Positions 14,030 through 26,291 of a stretch of 64,000 nucleotides of DNA are shown piece by piece. Source of the stretch: Octopus sinensis. Taxonomy: Eukaryota. The notes under the pieces were generated by a model. The model worked only from the letters and a program-made list of their open reading frames with translations, searched no databases and was not told the DNA's origin. The stretch's first letter is position 1. Each line of letters starts with the position of its first letter. The stretch is from contig NC_043013.1 in the NCBI RefSeq assembly GCF_006345805.1, forward strand, positions 19,654,001 to 19,718,000. The letters are read 5' to 3'. The position numbers and the translations under genes are program-made.

Positions 14030-14740
14030 CAGGACCCTACTAAAAACAGGTGTGTATCGCATGAGGTGTAGATTGTCATGAATAATTATATCCGGAATCG
14101 TAACATTTCGCCTACCTCCGACTGAATTACCAACGATACGCGACAATGTCTTGGCGACTACTTTTATAAAGTCTTCGGGCCTGTGTTCAGCAGGGTTATG
14201 AACTAAAATTTGCTTAACAAGAACATCATCTTTGGATCCTGTTTCCATACCTTTAACACTCATCGGATGCTTCAATTTTGCAATCACAATCAGTTGAAAC
14301 CGACTGCTGATAAGACAGTGAAAAAAGGTTTGAAATGCAACAGTAATGTTCCTAGTTCACACGGTCCAGCCACGGGGATTCATCCACATCACAGCCACAT
14401 CGCATTCACTACTCTATCTGAGGAAATCGGTTTTCTGTAGCACTTTGCTTCTTCGGCCGAGAGCTGCGAATGATTCGGTGAAATACCATTGATGAAATAC
14501 ACACACATCTGCTTAGAATTGGATACTACATATCGATAAGGATGGTCATGTTGTTGCCATACTTACACATCGATCGCCTTCCACCATCGAACGTCTATCG
14601 ACCCCTCGTGTATAAGTGTACCCGCTCTGTCACGAACAGCACGTTCTTCGAGTATGGTATCGAAGAAGTTGTCAAGAATTATTCTCGCCCAACACCAGCA
14701 CATCAAAAGCGCAGAGTATCAATGCCCTTTCTGTTTATCA
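14030..14740 (-). mobile_element. Tx1/L1-clade LINE ORF2 fragment (RT N-terminal region), degenerate
   Basis: Minus-strand pieces QLSAEEAKCYRKPISS..ESPWLD..KVVAKTLSRIVG..IPDIIIHDNLHLMRY resemble the LS.EE...CE.PIT / KSPGLDG / KV.A.RL / IPGRSIHDN motifs of Tx1/L1 RTs. Confidence 0.65.
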
Positions 14741-15602
14741 TTTCTAATAATTTGATTCTCTCTTTCTCTAATTTCTGGTATGTCTTCGTTAAAACTGGTA
14801 GATCCTGCTATAATTTCCCTTTCTAGCGTGACCCAGCACATTTTTAAATAAAATTAATCACCGAAATTAACTCTCACTTAATTCATTAATCCGGTCCCTG
14901 AAATCTTTCAATGCAGAGAATAATGAATTTAATTTTCAAAGAAGAGAAAGCAACCCATACCTTTCAAGACCTTCATGAGGTGGTTCTCGTTTAGGCACTG
15001 GATCACAATTATTCAGTGAATCAAGTCTATCGTACAGTTAATTAATGTTAATTAAATCAACCGCAAATATCTGCAACGCGAAGTTGGCTCAAACCAACGT
15101 GAAAGATCGTCATATTATAAATAACAGCTAAATCTCCTTGAAAACCGCTCTGCAACCTTTTAAAAAGGGCATATTGAATCGTGTAATTATGGGGATCACG
15201 ACGTTTGGAAATATGATGGTTTGATCAGAAAATACGATTGATTAGGGAGATAGGACCGACTTGGAACTAAAGAACAACAGAAACAACAATTTCAAAAGTA
15301 ACAACAACGATAGTAACATCAAGAACCACAACTGAGATACACTGCATCTTGGAGACCCGTACAGGAGATGATTGGTGAATGGAAGGTAATTTATAGAACA
15401 TTGAGAGATGAAAGACATTGCAATTCCGCTCCACTTAATAAGGATTTCAGTGAAATATTGATGACATTTAGCTTGGGATTAACTTCAGTAATTCCCCTTC
15501 ATTTCAAGTGGACCTTTTCTCTCAGTACTTCAAAGAATCTAAGTGTGTGTGCGTGTATACATATATGTATATAAATATATATATATATATAATATATATA
15601 TA

Positions 15603-15633
<31 letters not shown>

Positions 15634-15939
15634 GTTTGTATATACATACATATGTATATATACATATGTATACGTACATATATACATACACACATATATA
15701 TATATATACGTATATACCTACATATAGATATACATACATATATATATACATATATATGTATAGATATGTATATAATACATATATGTACATATATATATAC
15801 ATATATATATATGTGTTTGTGTGTGTATGTGTGTGTGCGCGTGTGCATATGGGATTAGTACTGGTATCACTTCGAGAATAGCTCATTAGAATTTAGACAT
15901 TGGGGAATATCAAGCCCGAAACAACACATAGACACACAC

Positions 15940-15980
<41 letters not shown>

Positions 15981-16124
15981 CACACACGCTCGCACACATG
16001 CTTACACACGCACGCACACATACACACACAAACACACACAAACACACACCACAAAAACACACAGACACAAATATACACACACATTAGACATGCATACGCC
16101 CGCATTTATGTCTATATATATAAA

Positions 16125-16190
<66 letters not shown>

Positions 16191-17018
16191 GGCTGGAGGC
16201 CGTGAGATACAGAGATTAATAGACTGAGGAATGAAATAAATTGTGGTTTCTGTTGTTGCTGCTTCTCATATTCATGTAATTGGTGATGTTGCTTTTCTTG
16301 TTTTGCCTCAAGAAAGCTCTGATCAAGAAGACTTATGATCAAAAACCCTCCAATTTAGATTATCTGAATTATTTGTATTCTCAACGACAACACGAACCAC
16401 TTTATCCTTCCATTTTATGTAGGTATCAAATGCTATAATTATTAGCATATATACTTACAATGAATATAATGGTGTTCAGAGAGGTTTCTGAAAGACTCAC
16501 CAGTACAAACGAAACCTGTGAAAGGAGGAAAAAACCATTAAATGCCAAGAACTGGTCACAGAATTTCCATAAATCACCATCAGAGGGAATGATTAAATGG
16601 TAGAAACAGATGTCAAGATAAAATACTCCAACATAACATATTGACCTGAACATAGGAGGCCGCATTGCATTATTTCATAAATTCGATGAACGAGCACTAA
16701 CCTAGGGTTAAATAAAAAATATATACCGTAACATACACACACACACACACAAAATCACATGCACATAAACACATGCACATAAATACACATACACACACAT
16801 ATACTATAGAAGGCACATTGTGTGTCATTTCCTGTCATTTGTACACAGTTTTCAGTTTATCTATCTATCTATCTATCCATCTACCTATCTATCTATCCAT
16901 ATATATATATAGATATATATATATATTATATATGTATATATATTATATAATATATATATATATATATATGTTATATATATATATGTATATATATATAATG
17001 TATATATATGTATTATAT

Positions 17019-17051
<33 letters not shown>

Positions 17052-17091
17052 ATATATATATATGGATAGATAGATAGGTAGATGGATAGAT

Positions 17092-17147
<56 letters not shown>

Positions 17148-17186
17148 GTATATATATATATGTATATATATATGTATTATATATAT

Positions 17187-17259
<73 letters not shown>

Positions 17260-17263
<4 letters not shown>

Positions 17264-17520
17264 CCAACGGTACACACGCGGTCACATTTTGAATATATAT
17301 ATATGTTCAAAATGTGACCGCGTGTGTGCCGTTGGCGATTTTTTCCTCCGTTTTCCCTTCTTTGGATCTTTCCTTTTCCTATGTTTCTGATGAAGAGCTC
17401 CACTCGAAACGTTAAACCCTCCTTCTTTCCTTTCTTTCCTGAGCGTCCAATAACACTATACTTGTTCCACGTCCTCGCGTTGTTGTGTTTTCTCTTTGTG
17501 TATTCATGTTTGGATTTACT
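17260..17520 (+). mobile_element. Putative non-autonomous Penelope-like (pLTR-type) element in (TA)n, with 5' inverted duplication
   Basis: Homologous to 37325-37533 (-) and 61308-61410 (+). All copies touch (TA)n. It contains a hammerhead-like motif, and 17260-17339 is a 34-bp hairpin. Confidence 0.6.
17383..17417 (+). ncRNA. Candidate minimal type-I hammerhead ribozyme
   Basis: GUUU CUGAUGA A GAG-cucca-CUC GAAA C GUU^AAAC: intact core, 3-bp stem II, palindromic stem III (ACGU), and stem I GUUU/AAAC exactly flanking the NUH site. Short stems, one extra A; activity untested. Confidence 0.55.
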
Positions 17521-17558
17521 ATATATATATATATATATAGATATATATATATATATAT

Positions 17559-17605
<47 letters not shown>

Positions 17606-18341
17606 TATAGATAGATGATAAATAGATAGATGATAGATAGATAGATATAGATATAGATAACGCTGACAGTTTTTTCTATGGTAAATAGCTAAAGAAAAAA
17701 CAAATACGAAGCAAACTGACAACTATCGATACAATGACTAATGTATTGAGTTCTTTATCATAAAATATTTGCGCTACGTAAATCATATTTCTCGAACTCT
17801 TACATAACGTTAAACATACATTCACTCATGTATACGTACATATGTACACACGTACAAGCATCTACCGATGAGACATGCTGTAGCTTAGGTACAGTAATTT
17901 GAAATCCGTGGGAAGGATAATCTTGACGCCAGTGAGATAAGAACCCGCAGTGTGTTAGAGGTCATAACCACACATAATCTGTAAAAAATAGTGGTGGAAT
18001 GTTTCTGTGTAAACTTCAATAAAATGCAAGCAAAATAAACCAGATATTGGGATTTTGGATAGAGAAGAGTAACTATATATATTACGGGTGTTCTACCCGG
18101 GTTACGTGTTTAAATTTATAGTATCAATCGGAGCACTGTTATGAACTGTATCAGCACCAATCTTGAGAAGTTCAGTTTCTCAAAATCAGAGAAGAGAACC
18201 TAATTAAAGTGTTACAGATACAACCTACCAAGCATACAAACTACCAAGGGAATTGTCAGTATATGTGTAACTTTACAGAAGTTCAGCGTATAAGTACGTA
18301 ATAACATGCCTAGACCTTCAGCTGTACATATGAGAATACAT

Positions 18342-18645
18342 TTTAATTTTTATCTAGCCAGGCTCATGGGCCCGGTTTCCCGGTTTCTGTGGTGTATTTT
18401 TTCCCCACCCCTAGCTGGAGGGGGCGCGAGTCCATCGCAGCGTTACTCAAGAAGCAGGAAGAGAGAGTGAGAGAAAGGTGGGGCGAAAGAGTACAAGAGG
18501 AGTCACCACTACCTGCTGCCGAAGCTTCGTGGAGCTTCAGGTGTTTTCGCTCAATAAACACACACAACGCCCGGTCTGGGAATGGAAACCGCGATCGTCC
18601 GACCGCGAGTCCGCTGCCCTATACTCTGGGCCATTGTGCCTCCAC
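18342..18645 (-). mobile_element. SINE-D with 12-bp TSD
   Basis: Head rc ATGGCCCAG..AGGGCAGCGGACTCGCGG..CCCAGACCGGGCG. ATGAGAATACAT occurs at 18330-18341 and 18646-18657. Confidence 0.85.
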
Positions 18646-19607
18646 ATGAGAATACATACATAACGAAAACAATTCAAATGCACAGAGATATTGACTCCAG
18701 ATATTTCACTCACGCACACTGACATGCAAGAATGCCACAAATGAAAGAGCCTTGTATCTAGGTTGCAAAACAGTTCTTTCTCTATTGCCATGAAATCTAA
18801 AAATAAATCTAAACAAGAGCATTCAGGGAGCGCAAACCTCCGCCAAGGCAACACCAATATCCTCCGAACGATTAGCCAGACAATATCTGAAATAAATTCG
18901 ACTGCTCTCACAAACGAGAATATTAAAAATGAATCCTATCGTTCTCAAGAATTAAGTAAAAAAAAAAAACAGGCAAACTAATATAAAATCCTTGTTCGTT
19001 ACCAGATCGATCCCAAAATCTAATCAGTTTGTGCCAGTCACGACGCCAAACATCTCTGAAAGCTCCATTCGAATCGATCCAGCGATTCTTGAGATACCTT
19101 GTTCAAAGACAACCTCTGTAACGCGGAGGTAATAATGATATGCATACAAGCAGTCCAAAGGGCCTATAAAACCGAAATTTATAACTTTACCTAAGACAGA
19201 GAAATGGCTGAACCATTAGCAACCGAAGAAAATGATTAGCAGCATGTCCGTTTTTACGTTCTGGGTTCAAATACTACCGAGGTCGGTCTTACCTGTCATA
19301 TATTCGGGTTCGATAAAATTAGTCCATTTTTGCCCTGAAGCCGATGTAATTAACTCGACACCCTATCTCTCAACATTTTGGGCCTTGTACTGATATTTAA
19401 AAAAGGACTATTTATAGCTGTATCTTCTTCGAGTTACACCACTAAAATCGTATTGAGGTCTCTCGAAGTTTCTAAATTGTTGTGACGTAAATATATACGC
19501 ATGCATATGTGTTGTGCATGTGTATATATACATACATATACATATACACATACATATATATACATATATATATATATATATTATATAATATATATATATA
19601 TTATATA

Positions 19608-19640
<33 letters not shown>

Positions 19641-19887
19641 CAGAGAGAGAGAGAGAGAGAGCGGACTTTATCACATTGTAAAATGACAGCAGTCAGCACA
19701 TACCCATTACAAAACTCGAGTTATTTTTTTTTTCAAAAAAAATAATATATATAATAATAACTGCAGTGCATGTTATGACGTGTTTGACATATCGGCTTCG
19801 TTTTCTGCTTTTTGCGTATCATTTTATCCTAAAAGCTCTATGAAAACAGCATATTGCATCTTGTACACACACACAAACACACTCACA

Positions 19888-19933
<46 letters not shown>

Positions 19934-20107
19934 TATGCATATATATATATACATATATATATAATTTATAATTTATTTGTGCATCTATGTGAATGTATGA
20001 TATATATATACATGTATATATATATATATATAAACGTCCATATATACATATATATATATACACATATATACTTATATATGTATATATGTATATAAACGCA
20101 TTTATAA

Positions 20108-20151
<44 letters not shown>

Positions 20152-20154
20152 ATA

Positions 20155-20201
<47 letters not shown>

Positions 20202-20682
20202 CAGAGAGAGAGAGAGAGAGCGGACTTTATCACATTGTAAAATGACAGCAGTCAGCACATACCCATTACAAAACTCGAGTTATTTTTTTTTTCAAAAAAA
20301 ATAATATATATAATAATAACTGCAGTGCATGTTATGACGTGTTTGACATATCGGCTTCGTTTTCTGCTTTTTGCGTATCATTTTATCCTAAAAGCTCTAT
20401 GAAAACAGCATATTGCATCTTGTACACACACACAAACACACTCACACACACACACACACACACACACCACACACACACACACATATACACACATATGCAT
20501 ATATATATATACATATATATATAATTTATAATTTATTTGTGCATCTATGTGAATGTATGATATATATATACATGTATATATATATATATATAAACGTCCA
20601 TATATACATATATATATATGTACATATGTATATATATATATATATATATGTATATAAACGCATTTATAAATATATATATATG

Positions 20683-20742
<60 letters not shown>

Positions 20743-20760
20743 GATATATATATATACATA
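19641..20760 (+). repeat. Tandem duplication, ~560-bp unit x2
   Basis: Unique sequence 19661-19870 is identical to 20220-20430, including the T10/A8 homopolymers; only the microsatellite lengths differ. Confidence 0.92.
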
Positions 20761-20842
20761 TATATACATATCTACACATTCATATAAGTGTGTGTTTGTA
20801 TATAAATACACATATATCTACATATATATATATGTACATATG

Positions 20843-20904
<62 letters not shown>

Positions 20905-21999
20905 ATATGTACTTGTATATGTATATTACATGTATATATATCATTCATGCACATAAATGCACAAATAAATTATGAAGATATGCATCCACACGCATCTTAT
21001 ATACATGTACTTACAGAGATAATACATATATATATATATACATATATGTATGTGTATGCATATATGCATACGTACGTGTATATATACATTCATGCAAAGT
21101 ACGTATGTTGATTTGTATAGTATTACATTATATCAGGCTAAAAACCATAATAGAATTGTGATATTTCACTAGAATCGATTTGCATTTTTATGTTGGTTTG
21201 TTAACGGCAATCTATCTTATTTAAAGTCAAGCTACCAAATATCTGACACTGTTTCTCTTATTCACAACTTGTGTGTCATCGCAACTCAGTTCTGGATTTC
21301 TTTTTTAGTTTTATGTTGCAGAAACAAACAAGGAAAAACGAAAATTTCAGTATTAAATATGAATATAAAATATATATCAAAATAAAATATAAATATATTT
21401 GCCTCTTAAAACATAAGATTTCTCGGTGGAAACTTTACTAGAATGGTGACAAAGAAAAGTATTTGTTGCCTAAATAACAACGCTGATATAGGAAAAACAA
21501 ATTAAACATGACTTTTCTGAGAGCAATACACAATGGTTTTGTTTTTTTTTAGCTTTGGTTGAGGTTCCAAACATGGCTATCCCATTTTCTTCACTGTGGT
21601 GGGATTGCGATAGATTGAAGATCTAAATATCTCTCGTTCAATCCTGGGTTTTGGCATTTGGTGCTATTTATTTATTTATTTATTTTTGTTTACAAGGCAG
21701 TGCCCATCATGTCTGCAATTCTTTTTCGCCTGTTAACATTATTATTTTTTGTTGTTGCTTAGGCCATATATTTTAGGGTCATTTGGGAATGACAAGAGAT
21801 TGGCGACAGCACAAAGGAGAAGGGACAATTTTTTTCCCTTTTCCTCGTTATTATTCCAGAGTTCTCTCCAGATCAGAAAGGCTCTCGAGCGTCTGGCATC
21901 CCTGTCTCCGTTAACCCTAGTAGGCCAGCACTACTGCCTTTAAATTGTTCTATCTTGGACTACAAATTCCTTGCAGTGTTGTACTTGGCATTGGTATTT

Positions 22000-23150
22000 T
22001 CCCACATCTTGGCGCTGTAGTTACCATGTTTCTAACAATCCTTCACAGACCACTTTAACAATCACTTGATGTTCCAATTATGTTTCTGCTTCTTTCGCAT
22101 CTTCCTTGGATTTTCACAGTCTGTCACAACTCATGATCGTGTTGGTGTGTCTAACTTTCTCACGTTTAGTTAGAAGCAATGTGCGTCTTCTAGCTCAAAC
22201 TTACAAGTCTTGCTAGCCTTCTTGGCAGCACTGGGGCAGATTTCATAAATCTTGTGGTGACAGGTGACCCTTGAACAGAACTTACCGAGCATTTGCCACC
22301 AGTAATCTCAATTTCTCGAAAGTGAGAGGAGTGTGAAGTTTGAGCGTGCCATTAAGTAGGGACAATTTCGGAATGGAATATTTCTCCTGGGATCACCAGG
22401 CACTGCTGCTACATTTCCCTCCACCTCTTCTTTGGAACAAAACAGCTTCCGTTTTTAAGCTTGTCATGAAGGTCAGCTGTGAACAATGTTATTTTAAAAG
22501 CGGACTTTCTAGCATTCGCCTTTTTCTCTCAATCATTCCGCTGTTTCCGGAGATTTCGTCCCAGCCAATTTGGGGCAGGTTTCTCCTATGTCTGAGTTAA
22601 GCTGGTTAAAAGCTATTTTTCCTTTATCTTTCCACCTTTTCTTCAGCTGTCTCAGGTCTTACCTTAATTCTCCGATCTGGCTCTTCCTCATACAAGGATC
22701 TCACACCTTGTTAGTTTTACTTCATTTACACCAAAGGCATGTTGTCATGCCAGGTGTACAACCTACAATGAGTCTTATTTTCCTGGCTGCGTCAATTTTC
22801 AAAATATTGTTCAGGATGATGTCTAGGTCTCCATCCAACTGAACTGTCTAGCATCTGTCGCTGATAACAAATTCAGCTGCAGCTTCTTCTCGAAGATCTA
22901 GGAGCTTTCAAACTCATCCACTCTACTTGAGCAAGTTGAGCAGAGAGGCCCTAAGCACTGTCGTTTGCCTCCTGGTGCTAGTCCACATTCAACTGGCAGA
23001 CAGCTCTAATATACCTTGAATTAGGCCCTTCAGCAGTGTCTGATGCTTTGCGTAACTGAAGTTGCTCATTGCACTTCGATTTACTTTGAGGAGTCTTCAT
23101 TCCACACTCCATCGTAAATCCTCTTGTACACGAGTTACTGTGGCCAATCT
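22000..23150 (-). mobile_element. Highly degenerate Hero/R2-like (RLE-type) non-LTR retrotransposon fragment upstream of and into the RT
   Basis: Minus-strand segments LDGDLDIILNNIL, QIGELR*DLRQLKKRWK, KEEVEG..GDPRR and HKIYEICP occur in the order I recall for Hero elements (FD.DLD.IL / EI.QLR..LR.L.K.WK / KEEVE..SDP.R / YKVYK.CP). Many stops and frameshifts. Confidence 0.55.
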
Positions 23151-23212
23151 AGTAATCTGGAAATTGTTGTTCAAGTCGTTAGACTTGTGTTCTGTCTTTT
23201 TATCTAACTATC

Positions 23213-23298
<86 letters not shown>

Positions 23299-23375
23299 CT
23301 TCTCTCGATCCCCCTTCTCTCTGTGTACACACACATACATACGCATAGACATACACATACATGGACGGAAATACC

Positions 23376-23608
23376 TATTTCTTTACTACCCACAAGGGGC
23401 TAAACACAAAGAGAACAAACAAGGACAGACAAACGGATTAAGTCGATTACATCGACCCCAGTGCATAACTGGTACTTAATTTATCGACCCCGAAAGGATG
23501 AAAGGCAAAGTCGACCTGGCGGAAATTGAACTCAGAACGTAACGGCAGACGAAATACGGCTACGCATTTCGCCCGGCGTGCTAACGTTTCGGCCAGCTCG
23601 CCGCCTTA
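23376..23608 (-). mobile_element. SINE-B1, full length, 15-bp TSD (1 mismatch)
   Basis: Flanks ATGGACGGAAATACC (23361-23375) and ATGGGCGGAAATACC (23609-23623). Confidence 0.92.
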
Positions 23609-24239
23609 ATGGGCGGAAATACCATCGTCTATTATGAGCTTTCAAATATATGTGTGTACTTGTGTGTGTTGTGTTTATGTGTGTACATAAATATATATAA
23701 ACATATAAGAATACAGATATGTATACACACAAATATCGTCTCATCATTTTCAATCATTTATGTGCCTGTGTATTTGTGTATGTACGTATATATTTGTGTA
23801 TGTATATATGTATTTGTGTGTGAATGTATGTATGTATTAAGTGAGTGGGTGTCTGGGTGTGTATACTTATGTACTTTCACAATACATATATCTGCAAAAC
23901 ATAACGGCTGATATAAATAGACAACAATTAGCATTTAATTACTCAATTAAAAGATTGCGGCCTTATTCTAGGCAATAAATATAAATACAATGTAAGACGT
24001 TGACAGCCATGGAGACGACAAGAATGTTTCGTAAAAAGCAAGTGTAGGGATGGGTGTAGAGAGTTGTCTATCATGTAGATAATGACAGCGAGTATATCGG
24101 TGATGAAGATGGGGAGGTTGAGAAAAGGGGCATGAGGGTGGGAGACAATTACGACAATCGTGGTAGAATAAGGAATTCTATGAAGATGGTGTAGTGATGG
24201 TGGGGAGATAGTGTCTGATATGATTCTATTGTTGCCGCT

Positions 24240-24630
24240 GCTGACGTTGACGATGCCGATGACAATGACCACAACGATGATGATGATGATGATGATGGTG
24301 ATGTTGATGATGATGATGATGATGATGACGATGACAATGACCACAACGATGATGATGATGATGATGATGACAAGATGATAGTGGATGTTGATAATGATGG
24401 TGATCGTGGTTGCGGATGTGGTAGCAATGCTGCTGCTGCTGATGTTGATGGAGGTGGCAGTCGTGGAAGCGATTGCCCCGAAAGGGATAGCGACGGAAGC
24501 GATAGCAGAGGCGGCAACAGCGGGCGGTGGCGGCGACGATAGCGGCGGAGCTGACGATAGTGGAAGCGGCGGAGCTGACGATAGTGGCAGCGGCGGAGGC
24601 GATAGCGGCACCGGTGGTGGTGGTGTTGTT
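24240..24630. repeat. (GAT/GCT/GGC)n low-complexity tract with small internal duplications
   Basis: GACAATGACCACAACGATGAT occurs twice and AGCGGCGGAGCTGACGATAGTGG occurs twice. Confidence 0.85.
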
Positions 24631-25129
24631 GAACATAATTGAATTTAAATACATTCATGAATAAACAAAAGAGAAGAAATATTGTTTCTCGAGTTAGATT
24701 TTTATAATTGTGTTTTGATTTAATGTCAGTTAGTTTGGTTTATGGAACCGTACCAAAATAACCGTTTCTGATATTTCAGTTTTATGCAAGCCATATCCAC
24801 AGAATTAAAAGATTCTCTTGTAGATAATAGAAACTCATAAACTCTACAAGACATTCCATAAGTAATTCTGACGACGCCCACACACAAAACAGGGCAATCA
24901 ACACACACACACACACGCAAGAGCGCGCACACAAATACATACGCACACTCATACACATGCACACACAAGCACATACGCGCAAGCATACACAGATACACAC
25001 ACACACACTCATACACAGATACACACTAATACACATACGCACGCATGCGCACGCACACATACACTGGGCAACAACAATCGTAGTTTTAGCTTTATTATTA
25101 TTATTCACAATGAGTTTTCGATTAAAAAG

Positions 25130-25950
25130 TATTGGGTTGTCCAGAAAGTTCGTGCTGATTTTTAAAGGCAAGAAAAAGGTCAATAAATACTTGCCATTAC
25201 ATTTTTAATGTACCAGATATGTACCACTTTGTTGCACAGTGCGTCTCCATCTTTCCTTTAACTTGAAAATACCCTCTTCCCAGAATTGAGGTGGTTTCAT
25301 GGCAAAGAATTCATCAAGGTAACTTTTTACGTCATCCAAGGATTTGAAATTTTTACCATTAAGACTATTCTGCAGAGACCTGAATAAGTGGAAATCCGAC
25401 GGAGCAATATCTGGTGAATATGGAGGGTGGGGTAACACATCCCAGCCGAGCTGCAGCAATTTTTGTCTGGTTCCCAAAGAAGCATGCGGTTTTGCATTAT
25501 CATATTGGAAAACAACACCCTTCCTATTGGCCATTTCTCTTGAATTGCTGCTTTTAACTCGTCCAGTTGTGTACAGTATTTCTCAGAATTAATTGTCTGT
25601 TTACTTGGGAGAAGCTCATAGTACAGAATTCCTTTCCAATCCCACTAGACACAAGGCAAGACATTTTTAGGGTGAAGACCCGCTTTTAGGGTGGCTAAGG
25701 GTGGCTCATGTCGCTTACTCCAGGATCGGTTTCTCTGAACATTTTGGTAGATAATCCATTTCTCATCACCTAACACAATTTGCTTTAAAAAAGGCGCGTT
25801 TTCATTCCTTTTATAAAGCGAATCACAGATGGAAATGCGATTCAAAAGCTTTTTCTCACTCAAATCATGTGGTACCCAACCATCGTAGCGATTTGTGTAC
25901 CCAAGCTTTACCAGGCGCTCATGAACGACGGATTTTGGGAGGTTGAGGCT
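25130..25950 (-). pseudogene. mariner (DD34D) transposase pseudogene with one terminal inverted repeat
   Basis: WVPHDL, GDEKW, YDNAKPH and HPPYSPDIAPSD motifs in ORFs 25645-26013 and 25205-25534 (stop plus frameshift between them). TA+TTGGGTTGTCCAGAAAGTTCGTG TIR at 25130; the 5' end is lost into a microsatellite. Confidence 0.93.
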
Positions 25951-26039
25951 TATGTGTGTATATGTATGAGTGTGTGTATGTGCGTATGTATTAGTGTGTG
26001 GGTGCGATCTCAAGTAGATATTTAATCATCTCTCTAGGA

Positions 26040-26291
26040 CAGTGGTTCTCAACCATTCTACGCCTGTGGACCCTTTCGATTCTTATTTTACTCAAATAGG
26101 AGCCCCATAGACATTTGAAGCTTTAAAAAATTCCTATTATATTTTCATAATTAAATATTATTAGGGACTGCATTAATTTTTTTAACTATCTTGCGTATCG
26201 TAGAAATATAACAAATTTGTTGCACATGATTTTTAACAACAAAATCTAATGTAGACCCCAGGGCCATATGGACCCCAGTTGAGAACCAATG
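26040..26291. mobile_element. hAT (Charlie-type) MITE
   Basis: TIRs CAGTGGTTCTCAACC / AGTTGAGAACCAATG. 8-bp flanks CTCTAGGA / CTCAAGGG (6/8) resemble the NTCTAGAN target. Paralog at 45127. Confidence 0.82.

Noticed and set aside
23943-24658. His-rich, Ser-rich and Gly/Asp-rich ORFs suggestive of cephalopod structural proteins
   Set aside because: Several frames on both strands are open because of (GAT/GCT/GGC)n; no signal peptide, convincing splice context or GHG/GGY-type motif.
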